Positions 27,091 to 38,317 of a DNA stretch of 64,000 nt are shown here, piece after piece. Location: positions 19,282,001 to 19,346,000 of the forward strand of contig OX597830.1 in the NCBI GenBank assembly GCA_951406725.2. The letters are read 5' to 3'. This DNA comes from Octopus vulgaris. Its lineage: Eukaryota. Under the pieces are notes generated by a model that was given only the letters and a program-made list of their open reading frames with translations, did not search any database and had not been told where the DNA came from. A program made the position numbers and the translations under genes. Position 1 is the stretch's first letter. Each line of letters starts with the position of its first letter.

Positions 27091-28285
27091 ACATTTTATA
27101 TCATGTAGGTCGTAATTACGTTGGAAAAAAAACATGAAAAAATGTGGTGGGGCAGTTTTCGACTAATTCTTTCCCCACTGTCTTTATTTCCTCATAGCTT
27201 TCTTTTAAATGCATACTTTTTCATAAAATTTTCCTGAGATGCATTTTCGCTGATGTAGAGTATGATTATTGTGATTAAATTTGAAAACTGATTTTTAAAA
27301 TTGTTGTCTACAACGCTCAAAACGTATTTCTGGAAAATTTCATTTAAAAACACTTGTTTTGAGGGGATAACTCCCAAGAAAAGCAATTTTTACCTCCAAA
27401 TAATCGTGACCCACACCATCTAAAATGTATCTCTGTAAAATTTCATTAAAAATCGTGCATTGAGTTGACTTGATCGCCTAGAAATAGCAAACTGAGTGTT
27501 GTCTTTGTTGATGTATTCCTAGATATAGTGTCTGGAAAAATAAGTGAGATGATCTCAATTAGAACACTTTGATCGGAAATCCACTGGGCTAAAGATAAAT
27601 GTCTTTATTTGACCCATTCATTAGCTTGTTTCTGATGAAATATACTGTCTTTTTGATTAATTATGAAAATAAAAAAAATTGATGGTGGATTTAGTAAAAT
27701 AGCTGACGTCTTTATCATTGGCAAAAACTTAACACTTTTGTTACCAAATTTCTATTGAAATGCTCAGCTTTTGCTTCAGTTAATATTGAAGATAACGAAG
27801 AATTTAGTAAACATCACTTCGGTATTGTGAAGTAGGTGTTTGGTACGTAATTGAACCTGAAATTTTGAAGGAAGATTTGAATTTAAATCGTGTAAAAACG
27901 AAAAGTTTGAACTAAGAGTGATCTCAGGAAGGTTGAGATCAAAATGGTGAAAAAAGGTTCTTGAATAAAATCATAATGGAAGATTTTCGTTTAAATACAA
28001 ATATTTTTTTAAAAAAAAGAGTGGTCTTAGGTAGTTTAATATCAAAAGGATTTAGTAGCAGCCTCCCTAAGTTCATTCACCCATTTCAAATTCCAGGTCC
28101 TAAGACTGAGAGAACATGAAAATAAGCTAGACCTGCCTTATTACTGCCTCCCTCCTCAATATCTGAAATGTGTGTGTGTGTGTGTGTGTGTGTGTAGGGT
28201 CAGGTTTTGGCCAGTCTAATTGATCCATAAACTCAGGAAACTAACGAAAGCTTAATTTCTTTCTAATCCATTTTCCCTAATTTAG

Positions 28286-28387
28286 GATCTGGCATCTTCA
28301 TTTCGCCGAAGGGCGTTCTTGAAGCGAGCAAGTCTGTTGGATTGACCATGATTATATGGCTTGGATGTGGTGTCATTGCCATGCTCT
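28286..28387 (+). CDS. SLC7A9: SLC7A9-like coding exon 2 ([34 protein letters not shown])
   Basis: tttag acceptor, gtgagt donor, 102 nt, phase 1-1. GSGIFxSPK signature of APC/LAT transporters. Confidence 0.95.
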
Positions 28388-31355
28388 GTGAGTACTTGCT
28401 TTATTTTTTTCTTTGTTTTCTGTTTTTCTCTCGTTCTCTCTCTTTTTCTCCCTCTCTCTTTCAATCTCTCTCTCTCTCACTCATTCTTACTCTTTAATCT
28501 ATTTCCAGCATTCTAAATTCTTCAGTAATAAACAATTTTATCATAGTGTGTGTGTTAACTAAAGTACTGAGAAAATAGGCGAGTGAGAAATGGCTTTAAA
28601 TGCTTACACCTAATAACCCTATATCTAGCCACACTCTTTTTTTGCCCTTTGCTACCTGGGTAGTTGGGTATTAAAAGCTGCAGAGAATTGCTGCAATCAA
28701 ACACTTGTCTGACGATGCTGAAAAGAGCTCAATGTCGATATAGGCGAAGAAACATGACCAGTAGACCTTGTTATGGATTCCATTGGTTATTTACGGGAAT
28801 ATAAGAAAAAAACTGGGTCCTTCTTCGGTCAGAATGGCCTAGTGGGCTGAAACTCAGACCTGGGAACACGGGTTCACAAAAAGAACGACCCAGGTTCAAA
28901 TCTTGAGACAAGATTTTGGAAAGTTGTAGGAGGAAACCTAGGAGTCGTAAAGTGGGTGGGCCCGGCTCCCGTAGAGTGTCATGTATAAGGGCTGGAACGC
29001 TTGTTGGGTGGGAGTTTTTCCTCTAAAGATCTCTCTAGCTTTGTGTTCGCCCTGCGGCGAGTTTCTGTTTCTATTTTATGGACTCAACCATGTTCTAAAA
29101 TAAGTCGAAAGGTAAGCTACTATAAATCGGCACCAACTTTCCGGACAACCCAATACATTGAGATCTCTACTAGGTTATTAATCTCACAATGCACATATAT
29201 ATATTGTATCTCACAATACATTATATATATGTGTATATATGCCTCTATTTATTTTTTTTTACTAGCTTTTCACGTCTTTTCTCAAGATTGTGTAGGTGAG
29301 ATCTTTTATCTATTTTCTTGTTTCAGTCATTGGACTGTGACCATGCTGGGGCACCACCTTGAAATATTTTTTTTTAGTTGAACACATTACCCTCAGTACT
29401 TATGTTTTTTTTTTTCTTTTTTTAAAATTCTTGTAATTATTCTATCAGTTTCTTTTGTGAACTGCTAAATGATGATCTTCAATATACCAGCAGCAGTTGT
29501 TGAGCAATGGGTTGAAAGGTTGGTGACAAACAGACAGAAAAATAAACACTCTTACATAATGGGCTGCCACACAGTTTCCATCTACCAAATTTACTTACAA
29601 AATGTTGATTGGCCTGGGGTTTTAGTAAGAGACACTTGATCAAATTGCTGTGCCTTGGCATTAAACCTGAAACCACGTGGTTGTAAAGTGAGCTTCTTAA
29701 CCACAGTCATATTTGTGCCTATATATATTATCATGGTATCAACCAGATTATCAGATGTTGTTACACATCGCTAGTCACAATGTGCTTCACATCATTTTAG
29801 CTTTTGAACGATGCCACCCCACTGGTTAGGTGAGCAGACCGACATTGCATTTGATCAGAAGACTAATTCATCACGGGGTTAACAATTCACAGCTGAGTGA
29901 ACTGGAGCAATGTGAAATGAAGTGTTGTGTGCTCAAGAACACAATATGCAGAGTTGGTCTGACAAGTGAAATCAAGAACTCTCAATCGTGGGTCAACATC
30001 CTTTACCACTAAATCACATACCTTCATGTACGTATTTCACCTTTTAAAATTTCTTAATATGCTTCTCATAGTCAACCACTCAGTTGTAAAATCGACAATA
30101 TAAGCCATTTTAAATTAGCTTGGGTAGGCAAACAGGATCAAATTAAATAAGATGTGCTTTGTTATTCTTACTTCTTTGTGGGTCAGAACGACATACAAGA
30201 TTACTCAGCATTTACGAAGTTGTATACTGTTGCGTACAATAGTAATATTGTTTTATATTTGTTTTAATGATTTGTTATTATGTTATATTATAATGTAAAT
30301 AAATGATTAGTATGTCAATTGTATTTCTCTATTTCATTTAATATTTATCGTGGCCTATGTTTGTCCCCCTAGCATTGCTTGACAACCGATGCTGGTGTGT
30401 TTATGTCCCCGTCACTTAGCGGTTCGGCAAAAGAGACCGATAGAATAAGTACTGGGCTTACAAAGAATAAGTCCTGGGGTCGAGTTGCTCGACTAAAGGC
30501 GGTGCTCCAGCATGGCCACAGTCAAATGACTGAAACAAGTAAAAGAAAAAAAAATCACACGTCAGGGTTCACAAAACAATTTCAATTCCTGGTTGAAACT
30601 AGTTTATTTCACCTGTATTGTTAAAGCCAATAGAAATGGCATGAACCTCACTACAGCTTCTCTGCCTCTCTCATTAGCCCTTTAGCATTTAAAGCTGTCA
30701 TATCAGCCCAAATATTCTACCTGTTCTGTGTTTAAACTAACCAGATCCAGCCTCTCATGCTTAGCCTACAATGTCATATCATTGAAATCTTCAAGCCATG
30801 AGATAATGCATGATTAGTTGAAAACAATAATTTAATTAACATTAAATTTGACTTATTAATCATCATCATCATTTAATATCTGTTTCCAAGGCAGCGAGCT
30901 GGCAGAAACGTTAGCACGCCGGGTGAACTGCTTAGAAGTATTTCATCTGCCTTTATGTTCTGAGTTCAAATTCCATCAAGGTCGACTTTGCCTTTCAACC
31001 ATTCGGGGTCGATAAATTGAGAACCAGTTGTGTACTGGGGCCGATCTAATTGACTAGCCCCCTCCCCCAAAATTTCAGGCCTTGTGCTTAGAGTAGAAAA
31101 GAATATCTTTTCTATGCTTGCATGGTTTAGGTGATTTGACTGGGATGGGTAAGCCAGAGAGCTGCACCAAGCTCCAGTTGACTGCTTTGGCTTCCTTTCT
31201 ATGGCTGGTTGCCCTTCATAAAATCAACCACTTTACAGATTGTTCTGAGTTATTTTTACATGTCACCAACATGGGTGCCTTGAATACTAAAAGGTTAAAG
31301 CAATAAAATATTTGATTAGTTTTTAGTTAGCAAAGAGAGCACTGAAAAATCACTA

Positions 31356-31526
31356 GGCACAGGAGTGGCTGTGTGGTAAGTAGCTTGCTTACGAACCACA
31401 TGGTTCTGGGTTCAGTCCCACTGCATGGCACCTTGGGCAAGTGTCTTCTACCATAGCCTCAGGGCGACCAAACCCTTGTGAGTGGATTTGGTAGATGGAA
31501 ACTGAAAGAAGCCCGTCGTATATATG

Positions 31527-31561
<35 letters not shown>

Positions 31562-31757
31562 TTGTCCCCCCAACATTCCTTGACAACCGATGCTGTTGTG
31601 TTTACGTCCCTGTAACTTTGTGGTTCGGCTAAAGTGATCGATAAATAAGTACTAGGCTTACAAAGAATAAGTCCTGGGGTCAATTTGCTCGACTAAAGGT
31701 GGTGCTCCAGCATGGCCACAGTCAAATGACTGAAACAAGTAAAAGAGTAAAAGAGAG
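31356..31757 (+). mobile_element. SINE family A, full length, intron 2
   Basis: Same head, body and tail as 1647-2070. Confidence 0.9.
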
Positions 31758-32002
31758 TGTAAACTCCTTAAGATATGCTATGATGAAAGTATCATTACAA
31801 GTTGGTTGAGAATAGATTTTTACTGGACCAGGTGGATTATCTTATCAAATCTGAAGGATTGAAAGACAGAGGTAAACCCAGTAAATTTTGAACTTAGAAT
31901 GTAAAAGTGACTTGATTACTTATTACAATATATCTAACCCCTCATTCATCCTATACATTAACCCCTTCTGTCAAACCCACCACCTTTCTTAGTCTTCCTT
32001 AA

Positions 32003-32222
32003 CCCTTTGGCATTTAATCTGACCATATCGAGCCCAAATATTCTACCTGTTTCATGTTAAAACTGCCCAGATCTGGTCTCTCACACCTACCCTGCAATGT
32101 CATTCTAAAAATATACAAACGCACCATTGAAGTGTTGAAGCTACAAGATAATATGTGATTAATTCAAGACAATGTGAATAAATAAGCATTATTTTGACAA
32201 AGAAATCTGAATGCTGAAAGGT
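32003..32222. mobile_element. piggyBac-type MITE; related copy at ~30678-31294 and another family at 38801-39014
   Basis: TTAA|CCCTTTGGCATT ... AATGCTGAAAGG; CCCTTTCGTTAC/GTAACGAAAGGG at 38801/39014. Confidence 0.65.
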
Positions 32223-32477
32223 GTATGATTACTATTTCATTGGCTAATTTATAAATGTTTTATTAAGGCATAGTCAATTCAGTTTCCAATGATAGTAATA
32301 GTCTTCCCCAAAATTTCAGACACAAGGCCTGGGAAGTGGGTTAGTCGATTTGAACCCAGAATATAAAGAGCCAAAAGAAATGCAGCAAAACATCTTATCT
32401 GATTCACTAATAATTTTTCTACCGTGTAAATAATAATAATAATAATAATTTTATAACCATTGTGTCTTCTTTTACAG

Positions 32478-32720
32478 CTTCCTTATCTTATGTAGAATTG
32501 GGAACCTTTATTACTAAGTCTGGCGGAGAATTTTCCTATATCTTAAAAGGTCTTCCAGCAGTGTTGGCATTCTTATACAGTTGGTGTTCGGTTTTAGTCC
32601 TCAGACCTGCAGGATTGGCTGTGATCTGCCTGGCTTTTGCTGAATATGTGGCTTCTCCTGTCTTTGATGCATGTGGACCACCAATTGTCTTTGTGAAATG
32701 TTTGGCTGCAGCAGCAATCA
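32478..32720 (+). CDS. SLC7A9: SLC7A9-like coding exon 3 (SLSYVELGTFITKSGGEFSY...VFDACGPP...AAAAI)
   Basis: tttacag acceptor, gtaagt donor, 243 nt. YxELGTxIxKSGGE motif and the extracellular Cys (DACGPP) used for the heavy-chain disulfide in this family. Confidence 0.96.
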
Positions 32721-32889
32721 GTAAGTTCATTGATGTTTTATGACAGGCTTGCACGCATACATACATACATACATACATACACACAAGTGTATGTATGCAT
32801 GTATGCATGTATGTATGTATGTATGTATGTATGTATATATATGTGTGTGTGTGTGTGTGTAAACGTAATATGTGACAAATATTCAGTAG

Positions 32890-32956
32890 CCATGATAAAA
32901 CTCTGAGTTTCGGATGTTGGGGCAGATACCCACGCTGCCATCTCTTCAGTTATTCG
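32890..32956 (-). ncRNA. Inverted copy of the second-family hammerhead-like motif
   Basis: Reverse complement: ataa-CTGAAGA-gatgg...catcc-GAAA-ctcagag-TT-ttat. Confidence 0.65.
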
Positions 32957-33120
32957 GCCATCAGAAAGAATTCAATGAAAATGACCGTTAAACAAAGGGA
33001 TATTCATGTGTGATTGACCATTATTAAGACAAAAAGAGCTACTAGGATGACGTCTTAATAACAGTCAATCACACAGTAATTTCCCCTTAACGGTCATTTT
33101 CATAGCATTCTTTCCGATGA

Positions 33121-33188
33121 CCAGATAACTGAAGAGATGGCAACATGAGTTTCTGCCCCGACATCCGAAACTCAGAGTTTTATCATGG
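33121..33188 (+). ncRNA. Type I hammerhead-ribozyme-like motif, second family
   Basis: gataa-CTGAAGA-gatg...catc-c-GAAA-ctcagag-TT-ttatc. Stem I gataa/ttatc, stem II gatg/catc, stem III ACT/AGT with a 3-nt loop. Confidence 0.7.
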
Positions 33189-33285
33189 CTACTTAATAAT
33201 TGTCACATATTAATTTACAGATAAATTCCTCTATTTACATAATATCAAGGTCTCTTCCATTCTTTTGTTGTTTTACCATTTCTAT

Positions 33286-33329
<44 letters not shown>

Positions 33330-33376
33330 ACATATATATATATATATGTGCACACACAAACATGTGCATATATGTA

Positions 33377-33725
33377 ATTAGTTAGTTAGTTAGTTAGTTA
33401 GTTAATTTGGCTCAAAAGCAAATAGCAAGGCCATGTAGGGGGACATGGAGTTAAGTACAGGGTGGTGTTCATGTAAAGAGTTCAGGCCACTTGAGGTCCA
33501 GGGAGGCTTTGAACAAAGCGGTCGTCGGCATCTTCACCATCTCGTCTGGCAGCTTGTTCCACGGATCCGCAACCCGGACGGAGAAAGCTCCTCTCCTTCG
33601 ATTGAGATGAAATCGTCGCAGGTAGAACTTTTCGGAATGACCCCACAGCCGACGCTCCGGAGCAGGAGTGAAGAACAGCTCTTTCGAGAGGTTACACTTA
33701 CCGCTTATGATGTTGTGGGCAAGGA
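33377..33725 (-). mobile_element. CR1-like LINE 3' end with (TAAC)n tail
   Basis: Minus strand reads FSVRVADPWNKLPDEMV...FKASLD; tandem tail at ~33377-33404. Confidence 0.8.
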
Positions 33726-34632
33726 GTTAACTTTTATGCATAACTTTGAATTTTGATCGTCTCAATGACACCCCATGAATCAATAACTGCATATATCATT
33801 GCATAACATAGTAATACCCATGAGATCAGTTTTGATGAAACAATTGTAAATTAAGGTAATAAAAGAACTTGCTCACTCCATTTTCCTTGGTTATAATTGT
33901 ACATACATGCATACATACATACATACATGCATACATACATACATACATATGTATACATTGTATGTACAATTATAACCACCAGAAAGTGCACATAGCATAT
34001 GTTAAGTAATGCATACACACACACACATCCATATTCATACACGCATTCACATACAAAGATAATACATGTACACATACATAATACACGTACAAGTTCAAAC
34101 ATTGTTAGTTTGTATGAGAGCTATGGTATCCAGGAGACCCAAGATGGCAGGTAAGGCTATGGGAGAACCGTAATTAGACTCTTGGTTTGAAAATAATACA
34201 AGTGAGCAGTCTAATGCAGGTCTTGTATGAGCATCATCATCATCATCATCATCATTTAGCGTCCGCTTTCCATGCTAGCATGGGTTGGACGGTTCAACTG
34301 GGGTCTGGGAAGCCAGAAGGATGCATCAGGCCCAGTCTGATCTGGCAGTGTTTCTACGGCTGGATGCCCTTCCTAACACCAACCACTCCGTGAGTGTAGT
34401 GGGTGCTTTTTACATGCCACCCGCACAGGTGCCAGACGGGGCTGGCAAACGGCCACGAACGGATGGTGCTTTTTACGTGCCACCGGCATGGGGGCCAGGC
34501 AAGGCTGGCAACGGCCACGATCGGATGGTGCTCTTTACGTGCCACCGGCATGGAGGCCAGTATATGTTAAATAAAGTGAGACAAGAAAACCAAGGCTGTG
34601 TGGAGTTTATAGGGCATTTATAAAGAGAAAGG

Positions 34633-34680
34633 TAGGCTTACAGCTGTTTCTGGGGTATTAGGGATATCCCTTCATCAGAA
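34633..34680 (-). ncRNA. Inverted copy of the hammerhead-like motif at 34732
   Basis: Reverse complement reads ttCTGATGAagggatatccctaataccccaGAAACAGCTGTAagcc. Confidence 0.6.
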
Positions 34681-34731
34681 ATGATACGATAGATCTAACT
34701 AGAGTTTCCCTCTAGTTACCTCTCTCATATT

Positions 34732-34779
34732 GTCTCTGATGAAGGGATATCCCTAACATCCCAGAAACAGCTGTAAGAC
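34732..34779 (+). ncRNA. Minimal type I hammerhead-ribozyme-like motif (PLE-associated)
   Basis: gtct-CTGATGA-a-gggat..atccc-a-GAAA-CAGCTG-TA-agac. Stem I gtct/agac, palindromic stem III ACAGCTGT, predicted GUA cleavage triplet. Confidence 0.7.
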
Positions 34780-35068
34780 TACCTTTCTATTTATAAATGT
34801 ACTACAAATCCCGCATAACCTTTGTTTTCTTGTCTCACTTTATTTTGTTGTCTCATTTTATTTGATATATATATTTTTTATATATTTATATACACCACAT
34901 ACATATATCTGTTTTAACCATTACAAGTTTTACTCTTTTGACTGTGGCCAAATTAACCCTGGAGTATTTTTTTAAAGTCTGGTATTTGTTTTACTGCTTG
35001 CCTGATAAGCAGACCAATAACAGTTGTCTAGCAGGAGAGGGGAACAAACATGAAAACAAACACACACA

Positions 35069-35106
<38 letters not shown>

Positions 35107-35230
35107 AACATTTTATAAACGAACCTTAGAAGCACCGATTGTATTGATATTTTACGAACAAGAAAGTGAAAACAGGTAAGAAAGACTGGGTTTTACTCTT
35201 AGAAGATGGTAAAGATTCCCTGTAGGCAGC

Positions 35231-35264
<34 letters not shown>

Positions 35265-35589
35265 TGAGACCCCCTTCGGTCATGACACAGACCATGAGAT
35301 TGCACCTAGAAAGTTACTCTCCCAGACACAAATCCAGGCAAGGTTGTCTATGGAAGACCAGTAGTGACCCATGCATACCAGCCTCCCCTCTCCACACCAC
35401 CAGTGTTATCCAAGGGAAAGGCAAGGGCCGATACAGCTTGGCACCTGGGACGTCGCAACTCATTTCTACAGCTGAGTGAACTGGAACAACGTGAAATAAC
35501 ATGTCTTGCTCAAGAACACAACATGCAGCCCGGTCTGGGATTCGAGCTCACAACCTTACGTTCGTAAGCTCGATACTCTAACCACTGAG

Positions 35590-35626
<37 letters not shown>

Positions 35627-35842
35627 TTATATGGTTCCATGAATTTGAGGTCAACAACAAAAGTGCTCCATCTGGCGAAAATGAGTATTATTTAATAAAC
35701 ACAGTGTGTATTTTTATGAGCTACTAATAGTTTTATGCAATAAAATCCACTCAGACAGCATTTTATAACATGTTTGGTGCCTTTTTGCTATCTTCAAGCT
35801 TTGTTCACATGGTATATACAAGCTAAAATACTGTGTCCATTA

Positions 35843-35886
<44 letters not shown>

Positions 35887-35971
35887 AAATGGTGGTGCCC
35901 CAGCATGGCCACTGCTCATGAGCTGAAACGGTTTCATTTCAATTCAGCTCATACACACACACACACACACA

Positions 35972-36180
35972 CACGAAAGGGTGCTGAAAAGTTCCTGGCT
36001 TTAAGGGCATTTGAAAAGGCCTGATTGTAGACCAAACCTTCTGAGTTCTTTTACAGAGTTTAGAAAAACAGAAAGACTTACTGCAATAAGTGCGTAAATC
36101 TGAAAGAGATATATGTTGAATAAAATCATAATTAACCATCCTCCTAGACTTCCTTTCAGCCAGGAACTTTTTAGCACCAA
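35972..36180. mobile_element. Tc1/mariner-type MITE; a second copy at 45796-46906 is split by a CR1 insertion
   Basis: TIRs ggtgctgaaaagttcctggct / agccaggaactttttagcacc. Confidence 0.75.
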
Positions 36181-36277
36181 AGATGCAAGCATACTTCAAA
36201 TATTGCTTATATACCCTAAATTGTATACATCAAACACCACCCATTACAAGCAGTCTGTAATCATTCATTATTTTTAA

Positions 36278-37131
36278 CCCCTTAATGGATTATCCCAAGT
36301 TTACTCATGCATTGCAAATGTATCTTTTTAGAACCAGACAAGTATACTTGATCAAAATTAACTTTTAATTTTAGCACTCAAATGAGTTTATTTGCTTTGT
36401 GTCGTTTCATTTTTTGAGCAATCACGAATTTACTCGCATTGTCGTACACCTGGCAGCACATATTCTGGTGCCATTTCAAAGAATTTATGCTTCTGAGTTT
36501 TGAACTTTTACTTCAGTGCATACTCAGATTCAGGAGGGGGTTGGTGTCATTCTAGAACCGTCTTGTTTTGATTCTCTATTATTTATACAAATAAGAGAAT
36601 TATTTATGCACGAAACCAAGAAGACCATCATCGATCCCACATCCAACAAAATTTGCCCCAGTTGGTCTCTTTCCCATTGAAATACCACCAAGTGATAAGA
36701 AAAAGAACCCTACAAGACAGTGTGCAAAATGCGCAGAGAAGAGAGATGCTAAAGGAAAGAAGATTTGAAGAGAAAGCAGATACATGTGTGATGTCTGCAA
36801 GATAACTTTGTGTGTAACTCCTTGTTTTAAAAATTATCATTCTAAATAAACTGTCTATCTCATTTAAAAAAAATTTTCCTTTGATTTAAAAGCAATACAT
36901 CTTATAAAAAATCGAAGATAGTTAAGCTATATGTATTTTTTCAATGTCCGAGTTAACTCGTTTAAATCCAAATGAGTAAAAGTACATTTTAATTTCTATA
37001 ATAAAAAATAAAGGAAACAAGATAAAAAAACTTTTTTTGTAATTAACACAGTGTATATAATTAAAAACGAAAATAAAAAAAATATGCTCTGAAATGAAAT
37101 GTCATGTCAAAATAATTGATCCATTAAGGGG
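36278..37131 (+). mobile_element. Non-autonomous piggyBac element
   Basis: TTAA|CCCCTTAATGGAT ... ATCCATTAAGGGG|ATAA. Internal Cys-rich C-terminal domain RQCAKC...YMCDVCKITLCVTPCFKNYH with one stop. Confidence 0.88.
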
Positions 37132-37478
37132 ATAAATATATTAAAAACATTTTTATTTGTTTTATAGTTGAAATTACTTAAAATTTTTTTCATATCTTTT
37201 ATCTAAAAAAATTTTTTTATCAGTTTCAAATTGTTTTCAATTTTTCAAAAAATTATTTGATATACTTATCTAGACATTTCTTTTTTTTAGCAATTATTCA
37301 ATTTTGATTATAATTTCATTCCCCATGCTACTACCATTGCCATTACCATCACCAGTATCCCCCATCTCCCCCTCCACCAGTTCAGCTACCACTGCCACCA
37401 TCACTACCACTACTCCCAATTGCTGTCAATCTCCATTGCTATCAATAAAATGCTTTCTTTGTTTTGTTTTTTGTCCAG

Positions 37479-37604
37479 TTCTGATCACAGCAATCAACTG
37501 TTATAGCACTGATTTCGCAGCAAGCATTCAGGTGGTTTTTACAGTAGCCAAAATCACAGCCCTCATCATCATCATCATTGGTGGTTTTATAATGATGGGA
37601 AAAG
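37479..37604 (+). CDS. SLC7A9: SLC7A9-like coding exon 4 (LITAINCYSTDFAASIQVVFTVAKITALIIIIIGGFIMMGK)
   Basis: ttgtccag acceptor, gtaatt donor, 126 nt. QxxFTxAK motif. Confidence 0.95.
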
Positions 37605-37711
37605 GTAATTATAAGCAAAAATTTTGTCTTTTTTTGTTTTCATTTTTATTGTATGCATGCATGCTTCAGTATGACTGCAACCACATAGCTGAAATACATG
37701 TATATATATAT

Positions 37712-37921
37712 TACTCTTTTACTTGTTTCAGTCATTTGACTGCGTCCATGCTGGAGCACCACCTTTAGTCGAGCAAATCGACCCCGGGACTTATTCTTTG
37801 TAAGCTCAGTACTTATTCTATCGGTCTCTTTTGCCGAACCGCTAAGTGACGGGGGACGTAAACACACCAGCATCGGTTGTCAAGCGATGTTGGGGGGACA
37901 AACACAGACACACAAACATAT

Positions 37922-37952
<31 letters not shown>

Positions 37953-38123
37953 CATATATACGACAGGCTTCTTTCAGTTTCCGACTACCAAATCCACTCA
38001 CAAGGCTTTGGTCGGCCTGAGGCTATAGCAGAAGACACTTGCCCAAGATGCCACGCAGTGGGACTGAACCCGGAACCATGTGGTTGGTTAGCAAGCTACT
38101 TACCACACTGCCACTCCTGCACC
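37712..38123 (-). mobile_element. SINE family A, full length, intron 4
   Basis: Reverse complement of family A. Confidence 0.9.
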
Positions 38124-38265
38124 TATATATATATATATAAACTTACTTGGAGAAAAGAAAAGAAACGAAACGAAACGACGCGAGTCATACAATAATTTAA
38201 TAAATAAAATATATGCATACATACATACATATATGTATGTACCTACATCTACATGTATATATACA

Positions 38266-38317
<52 letters not shown>

